Shown here: piece by piece, positions 1 to 14,100 of the stretch
Layout: each line of letters opens with the position of its first letter
Position numbering within the stretch: position 1 is the stretch's first letter
NCBI RefSeq assembly: GCF_000150275.1
Contig: NW_002060946.1
Span: 5,041,454 to 5,105,453, forward strand
Origin: Trichoplax adhaerens
Taxonomy: Eukaryota > Animalia > Placozoa
DNA: 64,000 bases
Reading direction: 5' to 3'
The notes under the pieces: generated by a model
What the model saw: only the letters and a program-made list of their open reading frames with translations
What the model was told of the DNA's origin: nothing
Databases searched by the model: none
Made by a program: the position numbers and the translations under genes

Positions 1-281
1 ATAATGTTTACACATACATTTTCGTCATAAATTGAAGAAAAAATATACCACTTGATCATAACAAGCAGACTAATAACAAACACAAACAGCTGGTGATCTG
101 AGTTAGGCAAACTATATAATGTGGACGGTGAAGCAAGACCATTTTAGAGTTGTCTTTATTCCAGTAAACTATTTTATATCTTCCTCCTTCCATTTTATTG
201 ACTGTTATATCTTTTAGTTTTTAAAAATTCTTTACTATATCAAGTTAGTATTACTCAAAAGTGTATTGATAAAGCATTTAG

Positions 282-318
282 TATATAAAACTAACGCTGA
301 AGAATTCTCCCACAACGA
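282..318 (+). promoter_or_regulatory. TATA box and very short non-coding first exon of the TEP gene
   Basis: TATATAAAA at 282-290, consensus donor GA|GTAAGT at 319, and acceptor TTTGCTAG ending at 462, just upstream of the ATG at 499. Confidence 0.5.
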
Positions 319-498
319 GTAAGTTTTATCCAATACTAAAAAATTTTTCAATTTGTACCGGTATCTGTTAGCAATAGCTGAATTATACTATAGCCGTAAT
401 AATGCATTAAATTATTATTAAACTGTAAATATTTACTAAATATCAAATTATTGCTTTGCTAGAATTTATTCCATCGCGCAATACGTCGTAAAGCAACG

Positions 499-3400
499 AT
501 GCATCGTGGCACTCTCATCCTATGCTTAGCCTTTTTAATAGGGGCGGAATCTTTCTTTATTCCACCAAGGTAAGCTTGGATACTATCTGAAGCAAATCGC
601 TATTAAATGTAGAAATGTTTGTAATTGTTTTCTATATAAGCATTTTATATAGAGTCTTGGAGTCATACAAATCTCTAAATTATTTTGTACGATATTTTAT
701 ATTTAGAACCCAGGGTGTTCCAGTTAATAATCCTTTAGCGCAGATTCAACGCCCTGAAATCCCGTCCCGGTTTGACTTGGGCAGTTATTTCATCGCTGCT
801 CCCAAGACTTTCCGTTTCGGCAGCAATTTAACCATCTCGGTTAACATCTATCGTGCACAATCTCCAGTGACTGTTGGTTTGACATTATTCAGTAATCGTC
901 GTCCCAATATCGCAAGTGAGCTGCAAGACTTTCCTTCCTGGTAAGAGAAATGTTATTGGCACTCTACTTTACAAAATATTTTGAATTATTACTTACTCAA
1001 GTATTTTAATCAATTTCCTTTCAAATAAATAACAGGAAATCCTGGCAATGTCACTCTTGAGGTAAATTAGATCCGTTTTCTACTTTTTAATTCAGATTTA
1101 ATGAATTTACCAATTTTTATGTTCAACTATTAAAATTAAAATTTACGCAATTTAATTGGTATTATAGATCCCAGTACTCAATAATACTGATACTACTCCT
1201 GATGACTATTACTTGCAAGCTTTTGGATTTGGAGGAGTTCTTTTCAATACCACCAAATCTATTTTTGCTACTCAAAATAAGACCTTTGTCTTTTTGCAAA
1301 CTGACAAGAAATTGTATCAGCCAGGCCAAACTGGTAAGAAATGACTAATGTAATATAGCGCTATCATATTTCAATAGTAAGTAGAATTACCTAAGTTGGA
1401 AATGGGAAAAATAATTATTTCGCCTTTTATGTTTAAAGTTCGCTACAGGGTTGTTTGTATCGATGATGAATTTATGCCGACTCCAACTCAGAAAATCCAA
1501 ACTACCATCAAGGTATTTTCAGACTATTCTAAAACTCAATAGATAGACTATACAGTAATTTAATTTGAAGTGTCTGCTAATATCTAAGATACAATATTAT
1601 AAGAACGAGCTCTTTGAGTCTATTACATTTCTAATGGTAATTCATTTTGGGGGGGGGACTAGGATCCACAAAATAACAACATCTTCAGCACCAGAACACG
1701 AAACTGCACCAATGGTAAGGAAAAATAGAGATTGATTAATGATGTCGCGGCGATAATATACTAATACCGGGTTCCATCAATTCTCATAATTAGGTTTTAT
1801 CTCTGAGGAATTCCCTCTTACTGAACGATCAAGCAATGGAACTTACAGAATTGAAGTTCGAAATGAAGTGAGTAGAAATGATTAACAGATTTATAATCGC
1901 CGTTGTGATAGAATTGCCATTTTAGGCTAAATTAACTTTCAACTGAAATATTGACCATTCATTCAATTTTAGACTGACCTTGTAACCGTCAAATTTTTCC
2001 AAATCAACACCGAAGGTAATTTCCAATCTATAGAGAGTTTTTGTTACGCTCTGTAGAATTAAATGCAGATCATTAATATTCTACTATTTGAAATTATAGT
2101 TTTACCTGAATTTGATGTTAATGTCCACACACCCGATTTCATCTTCAATGACACTACCGAAGTTCCAGTTACAATTTTTGCCAGGTAAATTAAATTGCAT
2201 GGGTATATTATCAACTGACTCATGCAATCTATGCGTTGTTATTCAATTATAATTATGAAGCACTAAAATATTTTTTGCATCATCATTTATATACGCTGTA
2301 TATCTTGATTTTTATATTAGATATCCTTTGAATCAAGCTGTCGATGGAGAATATACCGTTGTCTGCTATCTTGCTCCAAAACGCAGCAACACGTTCAATA
2401 GACAGTCTCCCATGCACACTTACATCTCCAAGCAGACTAACATCACATTAACTGGCAGAGTAAGGGGAATCTTTTCTCATCTACTAATGCTATCCAAACC
2501 TTGATGACTTTAATTTGAAATATTGAAATCTTTATATGATCTAATCTAATTATTAATTTCTTGTTTCCTATCTAGTTGAACAGTAACACTACCTTGAAAA
2601 TCAACACTGCTCAACTTTCTCTACTCAAGACTTTACCCAGTTACTTTTTGCCAAGTTTGGTTTTATATATAAACGTTACTGTCACTGAAAGTGAAACTGG
2701 TTTAGTCTATAATGTCACCAAGAGAATTCCTCTTCATACCCAAAAGATTCAAGCTACTGTCGTTAGCGAACCAGAATCGTACAAACCAGGAATGAACTAT
2801 CAAATCAAGGTACTAGAATTGCATTGATATTTAAAATCAATCTAGGTTGATATCGGTATACTATCAACGGTGGCAGACATCAAGAACTCATATGAATTAT
2901 ATCTGCTAGGTTTTGTTAACTACTCCAGATGGCAAACCAATCCCTAATACGCAAACGATCCGATTAAACGCTATCGGTGTCTTTAGTTTCAAGAGAACAC
3001 GCACTGAATATATTTCAGAAAATAGCCTTTACACCGTTACCTTTACGGTGCCAAAATACAGCAAATTCTTCAGCTATGAAGTAAGCTTTGTCGATAAACT
3101 TATTCTGGCTTTCTAGAACAATCTTTCGAGAAGTCTTGCGCTAATCTATTTTATTTTTCGTTTCCTCCTCGCAATGATTTTCCTATTGGAAATTTAGATC
3201 ACCACTACTTACAATAATGAAACTATCTTGCTTGCTGCAAAGACACCTATGAAATTCGTCAGTCCAAGCAATAACTATTTGCAATTGAGCATCTTAAACC
3301 CTGTCCCTGTCCCCTGCAATAACCAGACTTTGATCAGAGTTGATACTACTCAATATTTATTTAAGAAACAAGTCACCTTGTTGGTAAGGAAAATATTATG

Positions 3401-6400
3401 TATAATTGTAGTTCTTGGAAAAGAAAACCATCTCCACTCATCCAAAGTAATAACTCATATCCATCTTTTTCCCAATTTTGTAGCTCTTCTCTCGTGGCCA
3501 ATTAATCCACACTAATAACACCAATATTACTGGTTTTAGTACTTTGTTTTTCATTAATATTACCCCAGAAATGAGCCCCATCACCACTGCTGTTGCTTTC
3601 TACGTCCGTACTAATGGTGAAGTTGTTAATGACATCTTGACCTTTAATGTCCAGCCAACATTCAAGAACAACGTAAGATATTTTACATTTTAATCGACGG
3701 GAATGCCTTCAATTCGTAAATTAGTAAACTCTAGTCATTAGAATGCTTCTATTAACTCTGTACTTCACTTATTTTAGGTTACAACTACTCTTAACAGCAA
3801 TATCACCACACCAGGCAGCACCATCGAAGTTAGAGTCAAGACCACTCCAAATGCTAAAGTTGGCATTTTGGGAATTGATATCAGAGCTCTCCGTGCTACT
3901 GCTACAAACGATATTACTCCAGAAAATGTAAGTCGTATCATCGTTTGCCTTCCTTATTTGTTGTGTAGGTTTATAGTATACATTTGATTAGCTTAGACAG
4001 AGTTTTGGATTATTCTTAATAGGTCTTTGATAGAGTACGACCAGAATTACCAACCCACTACAACTTGAATGCTGAAACTGAACAAATGCTCACTCAGCCA
4101 TTGCCACTTTATCGCAATTTTGACGCCAATGCTGTCTTTGATGTTAGTCCTACTTGCAGACCATATTTAACAAAATATTTCTTGATATCTACATTGATTT
4201 GTGTAGCCAAGGCTAAATATTTCTTAATTTTGAATTAACAGAAAGCTCAAACTTTAGTCTTTACCGATGGAAAACTTTTCAGAAGCAAGAGCAGTTTAAT
4301 GACTACTCAACCCTTGTTTACCACCCAAACTGAAAACAGTGAGTGCAATATTTAGTAGATATATTTAGTATGTGTAGTAGATTCGATGTTTAACAACTTT
4401 AGGATTATTATAAGATGGCTATAGCAGCGAATAAGAATCTGAATGAATTTAAACCAAGGCAATTGAATAATGTATACCCTACAATACTGTTATAGCAAAT
4501 GAAATCAATGAAGAACAGAGACAACTTGAATTACAAGAAGACGAACAAGATGCGATCAAGAAGGTCCTTCCAGAAACTTGGTTGTGGACAGATACTACTG
4601 CCGAGTAAGTTTATCGCCATTCTCAAGCTTTTTAAGACATTCTGTGCTACTTCAGCTTGCAAAAGATTGCATGGAAAAATTACTTTAACCAGATTCATTG
4701 ATGTACATAAAACAGCTCCAACGGAGAAGCCGTTCTCTTCCCTGAAGTTCCCAACACCGTCAACGAATGGGCTATAACTACCATGTCCATGTCTAACACT
4801 ACTGGATTTGGAATCGCTCCCAGACCAGCTGAAGTTAGTCTTAGACTACAAATCTTTTTGCATCCTTGGTCTAAATTACTCCGTCAACTTTTCCTAATTC
4901 CATTACTAACCTACTAATCGATACCTTGATCTTTCTCTCTATTTTGTATAGTTGCTTGCTTTCAAGCATTTCTTTATCACCACTGAATTGCCAGCATCCA
5001 TTATTCGCGGTGAGAAATTGACCATCAGAGCTACCCTCTTCAACTTCTTCCCTAACGATATCACAGTAAGAGGCCATTAGAAAAGACACCTTAACTAATC
5101 AACCATTCATCTTTATTTGGTTGTAATTTTACTTCCATTTCCAACTTACCACAGGTTACCACCACTATCCATACTTCTCAACACTATACTTTAGCCGAAG
5201 AGACATTCTTGAAGCAAAGAGTCCAAGTAACTGTCCCAGCTGAACAACATATTGAAGTAGAATATCAAATTATTCCAACCACGACCGGTTACATCCCCAT
5301 CACTTTGAGCGCAACATCCAACGATAGATACATCGCTGATACTGTTGAGAAGCATCTTTTGGTTAAGGTAAATTATACAGTATATGCTAACGGTTAGAAT
5401 AAGATATATGTTACCGTTGTAGCTTAAGAATTATAGTAACTTTAACCGATTTACCAATCTATAATAATTTTGCTATTCCTGACTATTTAGCCCCAAGGAA
5501 AAGAACGACGTCAAGTTCAAAATTTGGTTGTCGATCTTGCTAAAGGTAACAGGAATCGAATGAAACCGAATAAAGACGAATCGATAATTTCTAATAATTT
5601 ATCGATTATTTCCATTACAGGATCTTTCGAAAAGACTCTTAACATCCAAACACCACCTAATGATGAACCTACACAGACCACCATTACCTTCACTGGTTCG
5701 CCAAATTTGACTTATTTTTATACTATATCCATTTTTAGCCATCACTTTTACTTAATAGGAACATTAAATGAATGTTATTTTAGGTGATATGATGCGCTTA
5801 AGCGTTGAGAATATGGACAACTTACTCGAAACACCTGGACGTTGCGCTGAACAAAACTTAATCCACATGAATGCTCCAGTCCAACTTACCCATTACCTTA
5901 GAGTTACTCGCCAATCCAACCCTGAAACTGAAACGAAGGCTAGGCGCCTCTTCTTATTGGGTAAGAGCGATTAATCCTAAATCTATCAATAAGTCAGGGA
6001 CTTTTAGAACAAGGATCGATTTTATTATGAATTATAATTCTAACGCTATAAATTAATTTATAGCATACCAACATCAAATGAAATTCCTTCGTCCTGATGG
6101 TTCATTCAGTCCTTATGGCATGAAAGATAAATCTGGATGCTTATGGTAAATTGTCTTGATTTGCTATCATACTAATCCTAACATCTATCATCCTATTGGC
6201 TGCAAGTTGCTCATCTAAGCCATTATAATATCACTAATTATAAACTATATTTGCCTTGATTTTCTAGGCTAACTGCAGTGACAAGCCAGATCTTTGCTGA
6301 AGCCTATCGTACCCGATTATTCCCCATCGATACTAGTGTTGTTGTCCGCAATACATTCTGGTTAGTCAAGCAACAACAACCAAATGGAGCTTTTGAAGAA

Positions 6401-8685
6401 AGCATATTTACTCCATCATTGCCAATCAAGGTATAGATTATAGGATACTTGCTAATATTACAATTATTATCCTAGATCTTGATTATTTCGCGTTCTTAAT
6501 CATGGAAATACTGATTGAATCTATTTGAAAATGTCTTTCATAACTCTAGAACTTCACACAAAATCATAATATCACCTTGACGGCTTTAGTTACTATTTCA
6601 TTGGTCCACAACTTACATTATGCACCTGTAAGTTGAGTAAATTATCGCTCAAGATATTTTTTATTTGCCCAATTACTATTTTAATAATAAGCCCTATCAT
6701 TTATTTCTGTATTAGTTTGCCTATCTTCCATTGGTTAAAGCCCGTACCTACTTGGAAGCTCATTTGAAGGAAATCAGTGATCCATACACTGCTTCTATCG
6801 TCAGCTATGCTCTTACCATATCCAACAGCCATCTTTCTTCGGAAGCATCTAGGAATTTGAATAAATTTGCTACCACTGAAAGTAAGTATCCTTTTGGACC
6901 AGTTTTATTCTTCATTTCTCGAATTCAAGCCATGTAAATAAATACGCATATTTATAAATCATTTTAAATTTTATAAATAGATAACACTCCTATCTGGAAG
7001 ATCCAACTTACTAATAATACCAATAGACTCTTTACCGAATTGGATTCCATTGAGAAATCGTTAACCATCCAAGCTACATCTTATGCATTGTTGACCAAGA
7101 TGTTGATCACTCGTCGTACACAAGAATTCATCCCAACTGCTTCGTGGTTGATCTCGCAGAGAAATCGCTTGGGTGGATTTGTCGCTGCTCATGTAAGGAA
7201 ATAGATCATGACTTTAGATGATTTTAGTTAACGTATTAACATTTAGAAAACATGGATATTAGCTAATTGAATAATAACATTTTAATCACTTTTTATTATA
7301 GGATACTTGCCTTGCTCTTAAAGCTTTATCCAAATATGCTATGCAAACCTACAGATTATCACTTGATGCTCACATTATCGTCTTTGATAATACCAATTAC
7401 AAAGCTCATCAATCATTCAGTATCAATAAATACAACAGGAACCAGACATTTAGCATTACGGTAAGGAATGGATTAGACTATGCTTACTTTGTTTAAGTAG
7501 CTATAGATATTTAAATTTAAATTTTATTAATATGCCAATCTATTCATTCTATAGCTACCTCCTCGTACCAAATCAGTTACTCTTTCTTGCTTCGGAGCTG
7601 GCTTTGTTTATACTCAGGTAAGAAAGATATTTTAAGTTAGAAAAATTTATATCTTAGCTTTCTTGATGATAAATCGATATACAAATTTCGTTTTGAGAAA
7701 GGCTTGAAAATTAATAGCTAAATGAATTAACGCTATTTCAATTATAGATGTTAACAACTAATAATGTAACCAACAACACTACTCCTGAACCAACACCTAA
7801 CGAACCTTTCGCTATTGAAGTTAAACATCAACGAGCTAGAAGGACTTTAAATACTCGAGTTTGCGTCAGGTACGATAGACTAATTGAACAGGCTTAAGGC
7901 ATATCCTATAATGAAAGAAATTCCTGTAGGATTAATTAACTAAATTGTATTTCAAAATTTAGGTTACAGAATGTACAAAAACCTAACCCTACCGTTATGG
8001 AATTGGATATGCCATCCGGCTTAGAACTGAACCGCACCGCTCTTGCACAGGTAGCCATTTCATCTAACGATTAGATTACTGTAGAAGTAACTGCGAATAA
8101 CTATAACGTTATCCAACTACACGGGTGCAGTTTCCCCATTTTAACCATCGATTTTATGATATTTTTTCTGGTTTACCAGAACTTGTCATTAATAACTTCT
8201 AATCATATTACTTCCATATAGATGGTCAGTAAGCTTGAACAATTGCAATTTTTCGAAGTAGAAAGGAAGACATTGCATTTGTACTTTGATAAGGTCAGTC
8301 TAGTGCTCATAATAAAACCCATAATAGAAATAAAATTATGCCAAGAAAATAACTTATTAATATTGAAATTGATAATGCTAAACATTGCACTATTTCTACC
8401 ATACTAAACAGCTCACAACCCAGCCTACTTGCGTCGATTTGTCCTTCTTGCCTCATTTCGAAATTACAAACCGTCAACCATCCCATATCAAATTATATGA
8501 ATTTTCTCGCCCAGGTACTAAAGCTATACCGTATCACTTAGTTAAAATACTGCAATGGATATAAGAATGAAGTACTAGACACGATTATAGTCACATACGG
8601 TCCTAATATGAATAAATATTTATATTATTTAGAAATCCAGACGACAACATTTTATGTTAACCCGAGCTTGACAACAGCCCTGTAA
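499..8685 (+). CDS. Secreted alpha-2-macroglobulin/CD109-like thioester-containing protein (TEP family), ~36 coding exons, ~1440 aa
   Basis: Spliced translation gives a signal peptide (MHRGTLILCLAFLIGAES) and the family motifs SYFIAAPKTFR, VFLQTDKKLYQPGQTVRYRVV, VLPEFDV, SPSNNYLQL, LPETWLW, ELPASIIRGE, thioester-site PGRCAEQNL (Cys 5843-5845), RPDGSFSPYG, WLTA, WLISQRNRLGGF and LYFDK. It ends ...PSLTTAL* (TAA 8683-8685). No tetra-Arg site, anaphylatoxin, C345C domain or GPI/TM tail was seen. The exon 2/3 junction has a frame ambiguity (see findings). Confidence 0.93.
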
Positions 8686-8782
8686 AATATCTCGGTCAAA
8701 CTGACTACCTCCCAATATCGCTATCTCGGAAATTTTTATACCGCTAAAAATATTTTGGATGCTTATATTTGTTAGGCATTAG

Positions 8783-8788
8783 AATAAA
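8783..8788 (+). terminator. Probable polyadenylation signal of the TEP gene
   Basis: AATAAA ~100 nt after the stop codon, followed by GT/T-rich sequence. Confidence 0.5.
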
Positions 8789-11139
8789 ATGTTGCTTTTG
8801 GTATATAATTGTAAGTTAATATTGTTAACGATTTAGAAAAACATTGAAGCAAATATGCTATCAGGCTTTTTATTATCCTAGGTAGCATATTGCTTTAACA
8901 ATCTTGCAACCATCGTTTGCTAATATGCTATATATTCCTAATTTCAAGTCTTCTGTTTGTCTATGTTTTTACTAAATATGTCGATTTGTGCTATCAGATC
9001 GATGTATGTACTGTACTAGCTCATGCTTTTAAATGGAATATCCAAGTGTTATAGTCACCTCTATATAAATTGTTAACTTTGCTATAAGATCATCAATCAA
9101 TAAAATAAAATTTGAAGCATTTTTGTTGTTACATGAAATTTTGTAATATTCATGCTTGTGATAATGAACCGATAATGCAGCAAGGTACATCGAAAAATAA
9201 ATGTATTCAAGTCGCAATTAAGCAAGTTAATAGTGCAGTACTGGAAGTTGACTTTGCTGCAGTAGTTATTGTCAACTGAGTTGGATAATTTTAGTTCCTT
9301 TCAAAAGACTAGCTATCGGTCTTGCTGGCTAAGACGATACTTAGATAATAAATGAGAATATTTTGGTTCATTTTTAAGTTAATGTTTTTGTAATTATTTT
9401 GATAGCTACTCTTTAATACGTGAAATGTTGCCACAAATGCTAGATTAGGAACATTTAATCATGATTGCGTAATAAAATAGCTCTTATAGTCATAATAGAA
9501 TAGTTTAAATGGGATTCTACTTGACTGTAGCCCATTCTTATACTTGCTCTATATCTTTGGAAAGATAGATACTGGAAAGCATAAATTCAAGATAGATTTT
9601 GTTTTTAATTATCACCGGTTGATCAATTGGATAATTATGCAAGTTAAGTGACTCTAGAGCTCGACTGGTATTTTAATTGACAAAGCATTTAGTTCCAATA
9701 TCCTTAAAAAATCAACTCTATTTTTTTGTAGTGGATATACGTACATTAAATTAATCATGAATTATATCAAACAGTATAATATCGAGTCATTACGTGCGCA
9801 TTGTCATTAACAAGTAAAATCATTGAAGAATCTAATAAGCTAATCAGCAAGTTTTTAGCAATCACTGGAGATTTGTCTGATTAACAATTTGAATATGTCT
9901 AAAAGGCTTAACAAACGAATAAGTTAAATCCTTGATCAGTTGACTATATATCTATTTAAAATTAATCGATACTCATACTGCCAATAGCAGGTCGGTGCTC
10001 TAGAGGCACAATGAAAGTAAACATCACATATACAATTACAACTGTTACATCAAATCAAGTGTCGAGTTGTGACTCAGATTAAAATATTATTAACTAAAAC
10101 GCCCAAATAAACCATCCGTGGCTAAGATTCATTCGTACTGGTTGTAATGTTAATTACAATCGGTGATATTTTTTATCCTGGCGTCAAAATGTCCACGAAA
10201 GTGATTTGTACAGTGTGAAAACTGCTGGCAACTACGAAGAAATATCAACTTCATTCGATACGGTTCTTTCATTACTGTGAATGAAATATAATATTACTTA
10301 AGTCATATCCAGTATAAATACACTTCACACAGGGTAAGCATTTCTATTTCATCATCATTTTTTCAACAACTCAAAAAATTAGTCCTGCAACAAGATAAAC
10401 TAAGTATTAATTCGTTGTAAATTGTCAAGTCAGTCGTTCAGTTTGTCTAGTTACGCTATATCCAATTCCTGTAAAAGTTCTCGTACTTTCGAAAAATATC
10501 GAGTCTTAATATATTCGTGAGAGCTATTGCACAAAACGAATCTTAATGCTAATTCCAGTGGTGTGCATTGCGTCGTTCGGGTAAATAGTGTCTCGTATGT
10601 AAGTCAAGGACGGTTTACATATAAATTGCTTCAATTCGTTTTATTTGAATATTGTACTACAAGAGGCGCCTTATTAACACTTACCAAATATATTTCCGAC
10701 GACTCAAACTTTGGCATAATTTTAATCATGCTTAAAAGCAACTAGGTATACCATTAATTGCAAAGTGGATATAGTATCAATAATTAGTGATAGTAACATA
10801 GAATAGATCTTTACAAATATATCAAAATACAAACATAGTTCCGATAAAATCTATGGCTTGTTATCAAATTATAGTCTATTGAGATACAAGTGATAAATGA
10901 AATAGCCAAAGCAAACAAATACTACAGTATAACAAATTGTATTTCAAAATAACTTCTACCGTCTTAATCCGTGATAATATCCTGTAATTGCGTTATATAA
11001 TTATCAATGCTGGACTACGATTTCGCTAAGCGCAAATTTTAGCACCAACGCCAATCGTCACACATGAGTTATTTATATTTTAATATTCTACCATCGTAGC
11101 ATCATTTACGAAACAAGAAATTCAACCGTAGTGCATATT

Positions 11140-14100
11140 TTACCATAATTTCTTCTTTTTCTTTTCTTTCCCGTCGGTTTTATCGTTTTTATGACTACAA
11201 GAGCGAAATCTTTTTAGTTCAATTCGGTACCGTCAATAATTGAAAAATGAATGTTACTTACCCTGGCTTTGGAGACCTTGGTAGTGATGACGTCGAATGT
11301 CCTTTTGCGCTCAGTTGAGCTTCCTCTATCTTTTTAGAAACGTGAATAAAATCACTCTTTTCCTTCTCGAATTTCTTTTTCTTTTCCTCATATTCGCGTC
11401 TCAGCTGATCATTTGATTTAGCTAAGTGTTCATGGCGACGCTTGATCTGTCAATCCATTTTAAGATATTCAATATAATTTAACGTTTAATACAATAGCCA
11501 AGTCAAATATGACTTACATCCATTTCGCTATCTTTATATTTTTTAATTTTCTCTTTAATTTGTGTATCATAAACTTCTGACATTCTAGCCTCCATTGTAT
11601 CTAATCTGTGTTTTACTTCCTCTTCTTCCTTGGCCAAACGCATTTTATAATTTGTACCTTCTTGGCTTACACTACTACCTCCTTTTCTGTATCGATAATT
11701 CTCGTAATGTAAGATATTGGTGTTATATATTAAATCAAACATGTGGGTCCTGGCAAAATAAATTGTTTCCATCCGTTAAAACATAAACAATTTTTTATGC
11801 AAATAATTGCATTAAAATGGCCGATATAAAATTGTAAATAATCATGACAAACCTGATGAGAACATTTCGTAGATGGATGAAATCGGAATGATCATTGTTC
11901 TCGACTATATGAGCAGATTTTGTTTGATCGCAGCTAGGTCAGTAATTCAATTGGAGAATTTTTTTTAAAGGTATCACAAATTTGTAATATTACCTTCTAC
12001 CATACCCCATGGATATTTTCGGACTCTAACTTCTTTACCACCGTTAAGTTGAATTTTAGTGTTGCTGCCAACAACGGCGAAAGGAATGCTTTCCTAAAAG
12101 AGTAAAGATTAATTGGTAAATAATCAAGAAGATCGAATTATTAAAGCGATAAACCATTTACTAGTAGTTTTATCTTACTTTGCTTGATTTATGCTGTGCA
12201 GCATAATCTTCATCTTCTCCGGCAACTTCTTGAAATTCGAAAATTCTAATTTTATTATCCCGCAGGTCTTTCAAAATCTGGAAAGATCGTACAAGATAAG
12301 AAATTGGCTAACCTAAATAATATTATTACATGTCATTCGAAAGTATTGAATGCCTTACCCTTCTCTTGAATCCTTTACATTCATCTTCAGTCATGGTATC
12401 AGCTTTAGCAATAATAGGAACAATGTTCACCTATCGGATAATAAAGACTGTAAATTAATATCGATACAGTACATTAAGCGTTAGGATTGCAATTTCAAAT
12501 CTTACAATTATTATTATCATTTAATTTACCTTATCGTACAATTGTTTCATATATTCTATATCAATAGGCCTCAAGCTAGAATCGAAATAGTTCATATTGA
12601 AGAGTGTAAGCACATCATTTTGGCTACAATTTCATATGTTTACCGCTATGATATAGCATACCTATGCCCAGTTGGAGGGATGAAATAAAGGCAACAGTGT
12701 ACTCGAGTATCTACAATGTGGTATTCTCGATCGATGCGAGATTCCTGTTGAATGTATTCGTCAAATCTTTTTTGAATAAAATCAATAATTGGTTGCCAAC
12801 TGTAAACGAAAATGAGGAAATAAGAAATTCAACCTCGCCGTCCTTCAATTAGGTGAGCGTCTATGTAAATTATAGAATATTTAATATACCAGTTTGTGTT
12901 GTCAATAGCATCTCCAAAACCTGGCGTGTCTATTAATGTCAATTTAAGGCGAACTCCATTTTCCTCAAGATCCATGGTAGAGGCTTCGATCTTCAAATTG
13001 AAAGTAGAGAGTTACATAGCAGAAACGTATCCGTAATGCTATTTTATTAGTAAAGTTGACAGATAAAGAGTGATACTTTTTATACTTTACATTTTTTGAT
13101 AAATTAATTGCAAAGTTTTAAATCATCACCTTTACGAGAAAATCTAATTGCAATAAAAATATTATTTACATTAGATCCATTGATATTACAAGCTACCTGT
13201 AAAGTCTGTTTGATTCTGTCATCATAATTTGCAGTAGTATATACATCCGATAGGAAAAGAGAGTTGATCAACGTAGATTTTCCAAGTCCAGATTCACCTG
13301 TAATGGATTGAACGAAAGTCTTGGATGTTATACTCGTAATTTAATTTATTGCAGTTTTATCATCATAAATTTATGGTCAGCTAGGAAAATTAAAATAAAA
13401 CTGTATTTTTTAAGACGATGCTATATGATCGTATAAATTAGAGAATTTCGTAGTCTCTGTGTATACAACACCTATCCATAACTACCTTCTACTATTATAG
13501 AGCTGTTATCCTATACTCTCTATAGCTATATATACTTCTACTACACAACGGTAATGGATTACTGAAAAATGACTACCCTTCCATTGTCTACGATTAAAAA
13601 AAAATAAATTTTCCAATACGGCTAATAGCGCTTTTGCTGTACAAAATGATGTGAAAATAGTGCATCTGTTCTATCCATTTGTCGAACTAGCACTATACTG
13701 TATTACCCAAGATTAAGAGAATCATTGTCTCTTGCATATTAACATGAACGGCAGTTGCTTGTAACTGGTAGAAATATTAATGATAGTGCTTGCGGGACAC
13801 TCACCTACTACCATTAACGTAAATTCAAAACCATTACGAACCGATCTTCTATACAGCTGATTAGGTAAATCTGCAAAACCAACATGACCATCGGATTTTT
13901 TGGGAATCTGTTGGATAGAAAATTGATCACAATCATCGTAGAATGGGGTTGTACAACTTGATAAGGTTAATCAATCACTTGTTTCCTTTCAATCATAAAG
14001 TAGGATATTAAGCCCAAGAGGATATTTTATTTTTAATTGCACTAGCTAACTACAGTTTGATATTGTTCTATTCAACTTGAAGATTGTTATAGTACTGTAT

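Noticed and set aside
499-8685. Complement C3 or GPI-anchored CD109 orthologue call
   Set aside because: No RxxR beta/alpha site, anaphylatoxin or C345C domain, and no hydrophobic GPI signal. Only a family-level call is supportable.
10312-10340. TATA plus donor suggesting a small gene between TEP and septin
   Set aside because: The donor is only ~21 nt after the TATA box, and no coherent downstream exons were found.
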